Of a stretch of DNA of 64,000 bases, positions 40,265 through 51,432 are shown one piece after another. The stretch is from Thalassotalea sp. (GTDB taxonomy: Bacteria; Pseudomonadota; Gammaproteobacteria; Enterobacterales; Alteromonadaceae). A program made the translations under genes and the position numbers. Below the pieces are notes generated by a model, which saw nothing but the letters and a program-made list of their open reading frames with translations, ran no database searches and had not been told where the DNA came from. Every line of letters begins with the position of its first letter. Position 1 is the first letter of the stretch. The DNA is taken from positions 27,659 through 91,658 of the forward strand of contig JBELHO010000003.1 in assembly GCA_042091375.1 (NCBI GenBank), given 5' to 3'.

Positions 40265-40786
40265 TTACTTTTTTTTATCCAATATTTTTGATTGCAAAAT
40301 GGTACTCACTCTGTCGTTGTTGTCATTGACATCTCTGCTAGCGTTAACTTGCTCGGTAACAAAATTATAAGTGATCACACTGCCTTTGACTTTACTGCCC
40401 TCTTGGCGAAACTCAGCATCACCTGTAAAAATGATAGTGTTTTTACTTGGTTGATATTTTATTTTATTGGCCTGTAAATAAATGGGAGTACCGTCATTCA
40501 AGATGTGTTTAAAGGTCGCTGGTTGGCCTTTAGCGAGATAAATTTTATCGTTATCAGTAGTCACTTGCACTAAGTCTGCTTTGATCACTAACGGGCCTTG
40601 GGTTATTAATACATTGTCAATATAACTAAAAATTTTATTTTTAAGATCTGCTGCTTGTCGAGATGAGTCGATACTAATGTCTTGGTTAATATCAAATTTC
40701 TCTGCTAATGATGAAGATATCATACAACATGAGAAAGCGAATACAGCGCAGCTATTGTTGAGTATTTTTGTAAGTTGTTTGTACAT
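40265..40786 (-). CDS. lptA: LPS transport periplasmic protein LptA
   Basis: 173 aa with a signal peptide and an OstA-like beta-jellyroll. Its start overlaps the 3' end of lptC by 35 nt, comparable to the E. coli lptC/lptA overlap. Confidence 0.88.
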   Translation of the reverse strand: MYKQLTKILNNSCAVFAFSCCMISSSLAEKFDINQDISIDSSRQAADLKNKIFSYIDNVLITQGPLVIKADLVQVTTDNDKIYLAKGQPATFKHILNDGTPIYLQANKIKYQPSKNTIIFTGDAEFRQEGSKVKGSVITYNFVTEQVNASRDVNDNNDRVSTILQSKILDKKK

Positions 40787-41318
40787 GTTGTTTTAGTGTC
40801 ATTTGTTTAGTATTGAGGTCGACAATTAATCCCGAACCATACATAGTAAATTCTTTGCCTTTAATATAAATGGTTTGTTCTGAACTAATAATGTTTGTAT
40901 TTAAATCTAATTCTAAATACTTACCGTGAATTTCTTGTATCAAGCTGTCAGTGTCTGTTGCTTTTAAGGACACTCTGTCTTCAAGCTTCACTCTATTATT
41001 CTTATTCAGTGTGCCTTTATTTGCACTAATTTTCCACGGATTTACACTATTTTTTGGATATAGTGTGTATTTCGGCGATGAAAAATAGGTGATTTTGTTT
41101 GGTGCATAATGTTCCATTCGCTGAGCGTCAATACGGTAAAATAATTTTCCGAACTTGTCGAAAATTTCGCTTTTTAACGATTCAGCAATAAAATCAGGTG
41201 TCATCGTCAGCTGGGAGACTGGATTGGCTTGGTTGTTCGCTTGGTGCCAGCTGATAAAACTGTAGCTTATTGTTGAAAAAGCAAAAAATATCAATGAAGC
41301 CAAGTAGATGCGTTTCAT
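40752..41318 (-). CDS. lptC: LPS export system protein LptC
   Basis: 188 aa with a single N-terminal TM segment plus a periplasmic beta-jellyroll. It sits between kdsC and lptA. Confidence 0.85.
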   Translation of the reverse strand: MKRIYLASLIFFAFSTISYSFISWHQANNQANPVSQLTMTPDFIAESLKSEIFDKFGKLFYRIDAQRMEHYAPNKITYFSSPKYTLYPKNSVNPWKISANKGTLNKNNRVKLEDRVSLKATDTDSLIQEIHGKYLELDLNTNIISSEQTIYIKGKEFTMYGSGLIVDLNTKQMTLKQHVQTTYKNTQQ

Positions 41319-41863
41319 ATACTGGCGCCAGAAGCATGTTGCAATGTCTGTTGACTTTGCATTATTAGGTCACAACTTTCACGAACAGCACCAAACCCCC
41401 CCTTAATCGACGTGGTGTGATCCGCTATTTTTAATATAGCTGGGTGTGCATCGTTAACGGCTATGCTAAAACCAACAAAGTCCATGCAGTTGAAGTCGGG
41501 CATGTCATCACCAATATAGGCAATTTGTTCGGGTGATAATTCAAGACTGTTGATTAATTGTTTTAATACCGGTAATTTGTTTTCTTGGCCTTGGATAATG
41601 TGTTTGACATTGAGAGCAGTCATACGTTGTAACACTATATTAGAATTTCTTCCTGTTATTACTGCAACATCAACACCACTATTGACTAATGCTTTGATGC
41701 CATAACCATCTTTTGTGTGAAAAGCTTTGAGTTCTTCACCATCGTTACCCAAGTATATTCGCCCATCTGAAAAAACCCCATCAATGTCGCAAACAAAGAG
41801 TTTTATTTTGTTGGCTTTTACTAAAATTTGGGAAGGGATGTCGCCGTACAAGGTAGTCACCAT
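41315..41863 (-). CDS. kdsC: KDO-8-phosphate phosphatase KdsC
   Basis: 182 aa of the HAD family (FVCDIDGVFSDG...GDDMPD). Confidence 0.92.
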   Translation of the reverse strand: MVTTLYGDIPSQILVKANKIKLFVCDIDGVFSDGRIYLGNDGEELKAFHTKDGYGIKALVNSGVDVAVITGRNSNIVLQRMTALNVKHIIQGQENKLPVLKQLINSLELSPEQIAYIGDDMPDFNCMDFVGFSIAVNDAHPAILKIADHTTSIKGGFGAVRESCDLIMQSQQTLQHASGASI

Positions 41864-42828
41864 TACAAAACTCCAGATTTTAATAAGTCGTGCATATTCA
41901 TTGCTCCAACAGGACGATTGCTTTCATCAACAATGATTAAACCATTGATTTTCTTATCTTCCATCATTTTTAATGCTTGTGCTGCCAGTAAGTCGGCTTT
42001 TGCAGTTAATGGCTGGGAAGTCATTACAGATCCAATGCAGTCCTGATGAATATCTATTTTTTGATCGAGAATACGGCGTAAATCACCATCGGTAAATACG
42101 CCGACTAATTGACCTGCCTCATTGATCACACCAGTCATTCCCAATCCTTTATGAGACATTTCGAGTAAGGCTTCTCTTATTTTTGCCTTGTCAGCAACGA
42201 GGGGTAATTTTTCTTCTGTGTGCATGATGTCTGATAAACGCAATAAAAGCCTTTTGCCCAAACTTCCGCCAGGATGAGACAGAGCAAAGTCATCGGCAGT
42301 AAAGCCCCTGGCATTTAATAAGGCAACCGCAAGTGCATCGCCCATGACTAATGTTGCTGTAGTGCTAGATGTTGGTGCTAAACCCAAAGGACATGCTTCT
42401 TTTGATACTTTGATGCAGACATGAGTATCGGCTAATTTAGCTAAAGTAGACTGAGTATTACCAGTCATCGCTATTAATTTTGCACCAATGCGTTTAAGTA
42501 CAGGAACAATAGCTAAGACCTCAGCTGTTTCACCTGAATTTGAGATGATCAATACCACGTCATTAGCAGTGATCATTCCTAAATCGCCGTGACTGGCTTC
42601 ACTGGGATGAACAAAAAAGGCAGGCGTACCTGTACTTGCTAGAGTCGCGGCAATTTTTCCGCCAATATGGCCTGATTTTCCCATGCCAATAACAATCACT
42701 CGTCCATGACAATTAAACATGAATTGGCAGGCTAGTTCAAAACCGTCGTCAATAAAATCGACTAACTCAGCAATCGCAGATTGCTGAATGTCAATGACAC
42801 GCTTACCTAGTCGTTTAAAATTTTTCAT
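41863..42828 (-). CDS. kdsD: Arabinose-5-phosphate isomerase KdsD
   Basis: 321 aa with a SIS domain (VIVIGMGKSGHIGGKIAATLASTGTPAFFVHP) plus tandem CBS domains. Its stop overlaps the kdsC start by 1 nt (TAATG). Confidence 0.95.
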   Translation of the reverse strand: MKNFKRLGKRVIDIQQSAIAELVDFIDDGFELACQFMFNCHGRVIVIGMGKSGHIGGKIAATLASTGTPAFFVHPSEASHGDLGMITANDVVLIISNSGETAEVLAIVPVLKRIGAKLIAMTGNTQSTLAKLADTHVCIKVSKEACPLGLAPTSSTTATLVMGDALAVALLNARGFTADDFALSHPGGSLGKRLLLRLSDIMHTEEKLPLVADKAKIREALLEMSHKGLGMTGVINEAGQLVGVFTDGDLRRILDQKIDIHQDCIGSVMTSQPLTAKADLLAAQALKMMEDKKINGLIIVDESNRPVGAMNMHDLLKSGVL

Positions 42829-42837
42829 TGCTTTGCA

Positions 42838-43821
42838 TTAACTCTTTAGTTGACTAAATAGTAATAGTTGATAGCCAATAAAGGCAACTAACAATAGTAC
42901 TCCCTTAAATCGACTGATATTAAATTTACCCAATTTTCGGCCCAAACATAAAATAAAAAGCAATAAAGTAATACCAAGCATATAGGGCGCATCTCGCATC
43001 GGTACTTGAGGATCAATCTCTCCAGGAGCAAGAATACCAGCCAGTGATAATACCGCTAAAATATTAAAAATATTGGAGCCGATAATATTGCCTAAAGCAA
43101 GGTCATCTTCTTTCTTAATAATGCTCATAATACTTGCTGCCAATTCAGGTAAACTGGTGCCAACAGCAAGTACTGTTAAACCTATCACTAAATCACTGAC
43201 CCCAAATGCCCTTGCTATATATTCTGCTGAATCAACTAAATATACGGCGCTTAGTGGCAATAAAATAAACCCCATCACTAACCATAACAGCGCTTTGCTT
43301 GACTTTATAGCCTGAGGCACTTCTTGCTCGGCTTCGATCAGCATAGCATCGTCTATGGGTTGCTGTTTTGCTCTTTTTAAGGTGATAAATAATAAGCTAA
43401 CAATATAAGTAACAAAGCCAATGATCAGTATCAGACCTTCATAAAAACTAAAATATTGATCTGATAGCATCCAACAAGCTAAAGCAGTTATCGCTAATAT
43501 AAGGGGGATTTCACGTTTAATTGTTGTTGATGAAACAGATAACGGATGGAGGATGGCGGTAATGCCTAACACTAGGGCAATATTGGTAATATTAGACCCA
43601 ATTGCGTTACCAATTGCTGTATTGGGATGCCCTTCTAATGAGGCCGTTCCGGCGATCATCATTTCAGGTGCCGATGAGCCCATAGCCACAATAGTGAGAC
43701 CAATGATCATAGGTGAAATGCCAAAATTTCTAGCTAACGATGAGGCACCAAAAACAAATTTATCAGCACTCCATACTAAAATAACAAGTGAAACAAGCAG
43801 AATTAAAATTTGAACAAGCAT
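42838..43821 (-). CDS. yrbG: CaCA-family Na+/Ca2+ antiporter YrbG
   Basis: 327 aa with two alpha-repeat motifs (GSSAPEM...GNAIGSNITNI and GTSLPELAAS...GNIIGSNIFNI). Confidence 0.9.
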   Translation of the reverse strand: MLVQILILLVSLVILVWSADKFVFGASSLARNFGISPMIIGLTIVAMGSSAPEMMIAGTASLEGHPNTAIGNAIGSNITNIALVLGITAILHPLSVSSTTIKREIPLILAITALACWMLSDQYFSFYEGLILIIGFVTYIVSLLFITLKRAKQQPIDDAMLIEAEQEVPQAIKSSKALLWLVMGFILLPLSAVYLVDSAEYIARAFGVSDLVIGLTVLAVGTSLPELAASIMSIIKKEDDLALGNIIGSNIFNILAVLSLAGILAPGEIDPQVPMRDAPYMLGITLLLFILCLGRKLGKFNISRFKGVLLLVAFIGYQLLLFSQLKS

Positions 43822-44113
43822 TTACGACTCCAATTTACATAATTGAATTGTCGCTGGTTGTTGAGGAAAAAAAAAGGGTAATTCGCAAATCAGCGAAAAA
43901 AATCTCGATATATTGCTGTTTTTCTCTGTTATAAACGAAATTGTTATTTAAAATTGGGATATAACAAGAATTCTTGTAACATTTACTTACTTATTAGGTG
44001 TTTTATTTATAAGAGCTTGTACAAAAAACTACATTTTTTTTAATGCAGTAGGTTCACTTCTCATGTAAGATCTTATCATTACTATTTTTCAAATAATGAA
44101 TTGAACTTCAGTC

Positions 44114-44923
44114 ATGTCAGATGTATTAGTTGATGTAAAAAATATTACTTTCAAACGCGATGAACGCGTTATTTATAATGACATTTCTTTAGTAATTCCC
44201 AAGGGTAAAGTTACTGCGATCATGGGGCCTAGCGGTATAGGTAAAACCACTCTATTGCGATTGATCGGCGGGCAATTAAAGCCTCAATCAGGACAAATAT
44301 TGTTTGACGGCCAAGACATTCCTTCTCTTTCGCGAAGAGATTTGTACTCAGTTCGCAAACGCATGAGTATGCTTTTTCAAAGCGGTGCATTATTTAGTGA
44401 GTTGTCAGTATATGACAACGTTGCCTTTCCGTTGAGAGAACACACTCAGTTATCAGAAGCCATCATAGAAAAAATGGTGCTAATGAAACTCGAAGCGGTT
44501 GGTCTTCGCGGTGCTCGCGCCTTAAAACCCAATGAACTATCTGGTGGTATGGCTCGAAGAGCGGCATTGGCCAGAGCAATAGCGCTTGACCCTGAATTAA
44601 TTTTATACGATGAACCTTTTGCAGGACAGGATCCAATTTCCATGGGGGTAATTGTTCGGTTAATACGCTCATTAAGCGACGCATTGGGGTTAACATCTGT
44701 GGTGGTATCGCACGATGTGCCTGAAGTGATGAGTATTGCTGATTATATCTATATTATTGCTGAGCAAAAAATTATAGGTCAGGGCACACCTGAGCAAATT
44801 AATCTGCAATCATCTCCTTTAGTGCAGCAATTTGTTAAAGGTCAAGCTGATGGACCAGTACCTTTTCATTATCAAGCTGCGCCTTATTCTGATGAATTAA
44901 TCACTAAAGGGGAAAATCATTAA
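44114..44923 (+). CDS. mlaF: Phospholipid ABC transporter ATP-binding protein MlaF
   Basis: 269 aa with [24 protein letters not shown] and [12 protein letters not shown]. Confidence 0.95.
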   Translation: MSDVLVDVKNITFKRDERVIYNDISLVIPKGKVTAIMGPSGIGKTTLLRLIGGQLKPQSGQILFDGQDIPSLSRRDLYSVRKRMSMLFQSGALFSELSVYDNVAFPLREHTQLSEAIIEKMVLMKLEAVGLRGARALKPNELSGGMARRAALARAIALDPELILYDEPFAGQDPISMGVIVRLIRSLSDALGLTSVVVSHDVPEVMSIADYIYIIAEQKIIGQGTPEQINLQSSPLVQQFVKGQADGPVPFHYQAAPYSDELITKGENH

Positions 44924-44969
44924 ACAGCTTGAGCAGTTAGGTGGAGCTGTCATCCATCGTTTTAGTGCT

Positions 44970-45695
44970 TTGGGACGAGCGGTTACCATGTTGTTTTCGG
45001 CATTAGCGCACGTTCCATCGCCACGCAAGGGATTTCCTTTATTAGTCAGTCAACTTTACTCTGTTGGGGTGATGTCTCTGGTTATCGTTTTAGTATCAGG
45101 TTTATTTATTGGCATGGTATTGGCGTTACAAGGTTACACTATCCTAGCAGGTTATGGTGCAGAGGCTAGCTTGGGGCCTATGGTTGCTTTGTCATTATTA
45201 AGAGAGTTAGGCCCTGTGGTGGCTGCCCTGCTTTTCGCTGGGCGAGCCGGATCAGCGCTAACCGCTGAAATTGGTTTGATGAAAGCCACTGAGCAATTAT
45301 CAAGTTTAGAAATGATGGCTGTTGATCCTTTGCGTCGAGTGATAGCACCGCGCTTTTGGGCTGGTTTTATATCATTACCCTTATTGGCGGCTATTTTTTC
45401 AGCGGTTGGTATTTTAGGAGCCCACCTTGTTGGTGTCGATTGGCTAGGCGTGGATAGCGGTACTTTTTGGTCAGTAATGCAAGCTCAGGTCTCTTTTGAG
45501 AAAGATGTAATTAATGGGGTGATAAAAAGTATATTTTTTGCTTTTGTGGTGACTTGGATTGCGGTTTACAAAGGCTATGATTGTGAACCGACTTCAGAAG
45601 GCATTAGTCGCGCAACAACATCAACGGTAGTACAATCATCATTGGTTGTTTTGGCTTTAGACTTTATTTTAACCGCGTTAATGTTTGCAAATTAA
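44970..45695 (+). CDS. mlaE: Phospholipid ABC transporter permease MlaE (true start probably upstream, see findings)
   Basis: [59 protein letters not shown] is near-identical to E. coli MlaE. The first canonical start is TTG 44970, but the frame is open and homologous from 44901. Confidence 0.9.
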   Translation: MGRAVTMLFSALAHVPSPRKGFPLLVSQLYSVGVMSLVIVLVSGLFIGMVLALQGYTILAGYGAEASLGPMVALSLLRELGPVVAALLFAGRAGSALTAEIGLMKATEQLSSLEMMAVDPLRRVIAPRFWAGFISLPLLAAIFSAVGILGAHLVGVDWLGVDSGTFWSVMQAQVSFEKDVINGVIKSIFFAFVVTWIAVYKGYDCEPTSEGISRATTSTVVQSSLVVLALDFILTALMFAN

Positions 45696-45745
45696 ACTAA
45701 TTTTTATTAACGAGTTTCTGAAATTTATGGGTATTGGTGGATGAC

Positions 45746-46216
45746 ATGGTGTCAAAAAAAATTGAATTATTGGTTGGTTTATTTACCGCAATAGGTATCT
45801 TGGCTATATTGATGTTAGCATTGAAAGTTGCTGATAGCGGTATTTCTGGCCGGGGAGAAACCTATCAGTTATATGCTAAATTCGATAACATAGGTGGTCT
45901 AAAAGTGCGTTCTCCGATCAAAGTAGGTGGCGTGGTTGTTGGCAGGGTGAGTGATATCAGTCTCGACAGTGAAGATTATACCCCCATAGTTACCTTAGAT
46001 ATTTATCAAAAATATGATCAATTTTCTGAAGCAACCTCAGTGTCAATTTTAACCGCAGGCTTATTAGGCGAGCAATATATAGGTTTGCTACCGGGTTTTG
46101 TTGACGAATCGGTTGAAACACTTGCACCTGGAGATTACATTGAAGACACTAAACCCGCTTTGGTGTTAGAAGAGCTCATAGGACAGTTTTTATTTAGTAA
46201 AGGCGGCGATGATTAA
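45746..46216 (+). CDS. mlaD: Phospholipid transport MCE protein MlaD
   Basis: ATG 45746 follows a GGTGGA SD (the track ORF starts at TTG 45734). It has a TM anchor plus an MCE domain (GGLKVRSPIKVGGVVVGRV). Confidence 0.93.
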   Translation: MVSKKIELLVGLFTAIGILAILMLALKVADSGISGRGETYQLYAKFDNIGGLKVRSPIKVGGVVVGRVSDISLDSEDYTPIVTLDIYQKYDQFSEATSVSILTAGLLGEQYIGLLPGFVDESVETLAPGDYIEDTKPALVLEELIGQFLFSKGGDD

Positions 46217-46219
46217 CTC

Positions 46220-46882
46220 ATGTTACAAATAATTAAAAATATCTCAACCAAAATAGTATTAGTTTTTCTTGTCAGTATCGGCTGTTCCCTGACCGCCAGT
46301 GCAGACACACCACAGGTCAATAAAAAAGACCCATACCAAATGATCCGCACTGTTGCTGATATTACCTTCAAGCGCTTTGCCAATGAGCGGGACATTATTG
46401 AGCAAAACCCCGAGCAATTGAAAGTTATCGTTAGGGATGAATTAATGCCCTACATAGACTATAAATATGCGGCATTTAAAGTCATAGGTAGTAATTTTAA
46501 AAAAACCAACAAAATAGATCGCGCCGCTTTTGTACCGGTATTTCGCGATTATTTGATCACTTCTTATGCGCAAGTATTTACTCTTTATGAAAATCAACAA
46601 GTAGAATTTTTACCGGCAAAAGATTTTAGCAAAGAGCGGGTCGTTGCCGTTAAAACTTCAATTATTGAGTTGGGAAGGCCACCAATAGACATTTCATTTA
46701 GAGTAAGAAAAAATAAAAAAACCAATGAGTGGAAGGCTTATGACATGGTTGCCGAAGGCGTTAGCTTACTCGATAGCAAAAAGTCTGAGCTGGCTAGTCT
46801 AATTCGCCAAAAAGGTCTTCCCTATGTTACTCAACTATTGAAAGAAAAAAGTGAAAAAAATATCGTGTTTAAGAAGCTTTAA
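46220..46882 (+). CDS. mlaC: Periplasmic phospholipid-binding protein MlaC
   Basis: 220 aa with a signal peptide and Tgt2/MlaC family features (WKAYDMVAEGVSL). Confidence 0.9.
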   Translation: MLQIIKNISTKIVLVFLVSIGCSLTASADTPQVNKKDPYQMIRTVADITFKRFANERDIIEQNPEQLKVIVRDELMPYIDYKYAAFKVIGSNFKKTNKIDRAAFVPVFRDYLITSYAQVFTLYENQQVEFLPAKDFSKERVVAVKTSIIELGRPPIDISFRVRKNKKTNEWKAYDMVAEGVSLLDSKKSELASLIRQKGLPYVTQLLKEKSEKNIVFKKL

Positions 46883-46885
46883 TCG

Positions 46886-47185
46886 ATGAGTAACATTGCC
46901 TATCAACAAGAGCAACAACGCGTTTTTTTCCGCGGTGATCTGACACGAGCAACCATAGATATACGTTTTGAGCGTCAGACACTTGGCTTGCTTAGCAGTC
47001 CTAATATTGAATTAGATTTACAAGCGGTATTGCGCATCGATACTGCTGGTCTTGCTTGGCTGTTAATGATGGTAGAACACGCCAATCATAAGTCGTGTCA
47101 GTTGTCAGTGTTGAATACGCCCAGTGATTTAATGAATTTGGCTAGATTAAGCGCAGTTGATTGTTTTTTACCAATCGACCAATAG
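46886..47185 (+). CDS. mlaB: STAS-domain protein MlaB
   Basis: 99 aa in the operon position after mlaC. The STAS-like sequence includes IDTAGLAWLL. Confidence 0.85.
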   Translation: MSNIAYQQEQQRVFFRGDLTRATIDIRFERQTLGLLSSPNIELDLQAVLRIDTAGLAWLLMMVEHANHKSCQLSVLNTPSDLMNLARLSAVDCFLPIDQ

Positions 47186-47239
47186 GCATACCCAAATAGC
47201 AATAGCTTAGGTATAATCTCGGCAATTAAAATTAAGGAG

Positions 47240-47503
47240 ATGGCTGTGGAAATAGCTGACATTGAAAAACTACTCAACGATGCATTAACCCTTGAAGAAT
47301 TGCATGTGAAATTTGATGGTTCACAGTGTACCATTATCGCTGTTGCTGACTTTTTAGGTGAATTAAGTCGTGTTAAAAAACAACAAACAATATATGCGCC
47401 TTTGGCACAACTGATCAATCAAGGCATCATTCACGCAGTGACTATCAAGACATTCACCAAGAGTGATTGGCAGCGTGAAAAAATGTTTAATTTACCCTTG
47501 TAA
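47240..47503 (+). CDS. ibaG: BolA-family protein IbaG
   Basis: 87 aa. LSRVKKQQTIYAPL...IHAVTIKTFT parallels E. coli IbaG (MSRVKKQQTVYGPL...IHAVSIKAYT). Confidence 0.92.
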   Translation: MAVEIADIEKLLNDALTLEELHVKFDGSQCTIIAVADFLGELSRVKKQQTIYAPLAQLINQGIIHAVTIKTFTKSDWQREKMFNLPL

Positions 47504-47519
47504 TAAATAATTGACATAG

Positions 47520-48794
<1,275 letters not shown>

Positions 48795-48798
48795 TACT

Positions 48799-49866
48799 TT
48801 ACAATTGTGATAATTCAATAATAGTCACAGTAAGCTCTATCGGTGTTTTATTGCGGTAGACTTTAAAATTAAGTTTTGTACCTGGAGTGGTCTCAGCGAC
48901 AATATCTAAAGCATGAGTAATACTGTTAATTACATCTTCGCCGATTTGATAAACAATATCTCCGGGTTGCAGTCCGGCTTTATCGGCAGGACTGTTGGCG
49001 GTAACTGAACTTATCACAAATCCCTTGAAGCGGTAATTATAATCTGTGGCTTTGATCCCTAGCCAGCCGCGAGTCACTCGCCCTGTTTCAATGATTTTTT
49101 GCATAACTTTATGGGCTAGTTTGTATGGTACGGCAAAGAAAATTCCCTGCACATCATTCATTTGAGGAATTAATTTGTTAAATTGTCGAGAGTTAATACC
49201 GACGAGCTGACCGTTGCTGTTAACTAAAGCCCCTCCGGAATTACCATTATTAATGGCCGCGTCCATTTGCAGAAACTCCAGATGACTGGTATTGCTTAAG
49301 CCATTTCTACCTGTAGCACTAATGATACCTTGTGTAACCGTTTGCCCAAGGTTAAGTGGATTGCCAATTGCTAAAACTACATCCCCTACATAGGACTCTT
49401 GGTCCAGTGTTTGCGGGATCACAGGTAAATTACTGGCGTTAACTTTTAACACGGCTAAATCAGTGTAAATATCATAGCCGATCAACTCAGCAGGAAGGCG
49501 CTGACCATTTTGTAACCAAATTAAAATAACCGTTGCATTTTGAACAACATGGTAGTTAGTCAAAATATACCCCGATGACTCCATAATAACACCTGAGCCT
49601 AACCGAGTGGTGTTTTGTCTCATGTTGTTAAAGCTAGGCGTGTTTTGAATTTCTTCAGAATAGATATTGACTACTGCGGGGCTAGCTGATCTAACCGCCT
49701 TGGCATAGGACAAAGGTTGACTGTTTTGTTGGCTTGATTGCAGTATATTCCACCAACTGTCGTTACCCTCGCGCAATTCTGGCATGAGTAACAACAAAGC
49801 TATTGCTATGACAATGCCATAGCCAATCGAGCGAATAAGATATTTTAAAGCGGCGATAAGGTTCAA
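48799..49866 (-). CDS. degS: Outer-membrane-stress sensor serine endopeptidase DegS
   Basis: 355 aa with an N-terminal TM anchor, a trypsin-like catalytic domain (GNSGGALVN) and a single PDZ domain. Confidence 0.9.
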   Translation of the reverse strand: MNLIAALKYLIRSIGYGIVIAIALLLLMPELREGNDSWWNILQSSQQNSQPLSYAKAVRSASPAVVNIYSEEIQNTPSFNNMRQNTTRLGSGVIMESSGYILTNYHVVQNATVILIWLQNGQRLPAELIGYDIYTDLAVLKVNASNLPVIPQTLDQESYVGDVVLAIGNPLNLGQTVTQGIISATGRNGLSNTSHLEFLQMDAAINNGNSGGALVNSNGQLVGINSRQFNKLIPQMNDVQGIFFAVPYKLAHKVMQKIIETGRVTRGWLGIKATDYNYRFKGFVISSVTANSPADKAGLQPGDIVYQIGEDVINSITHALDIVAETTPGTKLNFKVYRNKTPIELTVTIIELSQL

Positions 49867-49957
49867 AGTGATCTTTTCATTAAAAATTTTTTATAGGTTA
49901 GCATAAATAGTTGATCAGAAAAAATAGCAAATGATCAATAGAGATAAGATATGAATA

Positions 49958-49982
49958 GTGAAGCTCACCAGTTGAGCTTCAC
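49958..49982 (-). terminator. Stem-loop downstream of degQ (probable terminator)
   Basis: GTGAAGCTCA-CCAGT-TGAGCTTCAC forms a perfect 10-bp stem, 23 nt after the degQ stop. The downstream U-tract is only moderate (TATTCATATCTTATC). Confidence 0.6.
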
Positions 49983-50004
49983 TATTAGGTCAGTAATGTC
50001 GATG

Positions 50005-51360
50005 TTAGCGAATACGGATGTACAAATTGGTGTTGCCGCGAATCACATTGAGTAACGAAATTCCTGTGTTTTCACTGAGGTGCTCTCGTAACTCGGCAAT
50101 ATTGTTGACCCGTTTTCTGTTGACACCTGCAATGATGTCACCCGTTTCTAAACCAATGACTTGCGCCGGTGAGTTATCACTGACTGAATCAACATTAACA
50201 CCATAATTGTCAACATTATTACTCAATTCTGCACCATCGAGCATGCGGTGAATAGTCGCTGGTTTAATATTTGCCTGATCATCCTTTTTTAAGGTGACTT
50301 GATAAACTTTCTCTTTGCCACTGGCTTTGATTATAGTGAGTTTCACCATTTTACCTGCGCCAATAGAGCCTATTTTACCTCGTAACTCATTAAATGATTT
50401 GACACTTTTATCATTGACTTTAGTGATCACATCACCGGCTTCAATCCCCGCTTCTTGAGCTGCTGAATTTTGGGTAACTTGCTCAATAAAGGCACCTTGC
50501 GTTGCATCAAGCTCCATGGTTTCAGCAAACTCGCCGGTAACACTGCGGCCTAAAACACCTAACACTCCGCGCCTAACTTCGCCGTATTCAATAATTTGCG
50601 TGACTAAATTCCGTACCATATTGCTAGGGATGGCGAAGCCAATACCTACATTGCCACCATTAGGGCCAATAATAGCGGTATTGATACCGATTAATTCCCC
50701 GCGTAAGTTGATCAATGCACCACCAGAATTACCACTGTTTATGGCAGCATCTGTTTGAATAAAGTCTTCATAGTTTTCAGCGTTTAAACCACTTCGGCCA
50801 AGAGCACTAACAATGCCAGAGGTAACTGTTTGACCCAACCCAAAAGGACTGCCAATGGCTACAGCGAAATCACCTACGTGGAGTTTATCTGAATCGGCAA
50901 AACTTACTTGAATTAACTCCTTGGGATCTATTTGTAATAAGGCAATGTCGCTACTGGCATCAGAACCAATCTTTTTAGCATCCAATTGCCGGCCATCTTT
51001 CAAGGTAACCTGAATTTCATCGGCTTCTTTAATGACGTGATTATTAGTAACAATATAGCCTTTTTTGGCATCAATAATTACCCCTGAGCCAAGTCCTTGA
51101 AAAGGTCTTTCTCTGGCTGGGTTTTGTTGTCTGGGGTTGCCAAAGAAAAATTTGAACGCTTCAGGAACTCTTTGTTGTTCTTGTGTGCCTCTAACGGAGA
51201 TCAACACAACAGCAGGTGTCACTTCTGCAAGCATAGGTGCTAAGCTGGGAAGCTTCTCACCGTCAACGGCAACAGGCAGGCTAGCTTGAACTGGTAACAC
51301 AAATAAAATGAAACTGCTCGAGAGTATAAAACTGTTTAACAATAATAGTATTCTTTTCAT
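50005..51360 (-). CDS. degQ: Periplasmic serine endoprotease DegQ/DegP (HtrA family)
   Basis: 451 aa with a signal peptide, catalytic residues (TNNHV, GNSGGALIN) and two PDZ domains. Confidence 0.92.
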   Translation of the reverse strand: MKRILLLLNSFILSSSFILFVLPVQASLPVAVDGEKLPSLAPMLAEVTPAVVLISVRGTQEQQRVPEAFKFFFGNPRQQNPARERPFQGLGSGVIIDAKKGYIVTNNHVIKEADEIQVTLKDGRQLDAKKIGSDASSDIALLQIDPKELIQVSFADSDKLHVGDFAVAIGSPFGLGQTVTSGIVSALGRSGLNAENYEDFIQTDAAINSGNSGGALINLRGELIGINTAIIGPNGGNVGIGFAIPSNMVRNLVTQIIEYGEVRRGVLGVLGRSVTGEFAETMELDATQGAFIEQVTQNSAAQEAGIEAGDVITKVNDKSVKSFNELRGKIGSIGAGKMVKLTIIKASGKEKVYQVTLKKDDQANIKPATIHRMLDGAELSNNVDNYGVNVDSVSDNSPAQVIGLETGDIIAGVNRKRVNNIAELREHLSENTGISLLNVIRGNTNLYIRIR

Positions 51361-51432
51361 AATTTGAGGTAACTCCTAGTTTAACAACATAAAATATACC
51401 TAGTTAAAGACACAGGTCAGCTTGATTAGTTC

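Noticed and set aside
40752-40786. The 35-nt lptC/lptA overlap, considered as a mis-annotation or frameshift
   Set aside because: The LptA signal peptide requires the upstream ATG. A comparable overlap is a known conserved feature of the E. coli lptC-lptA junction.
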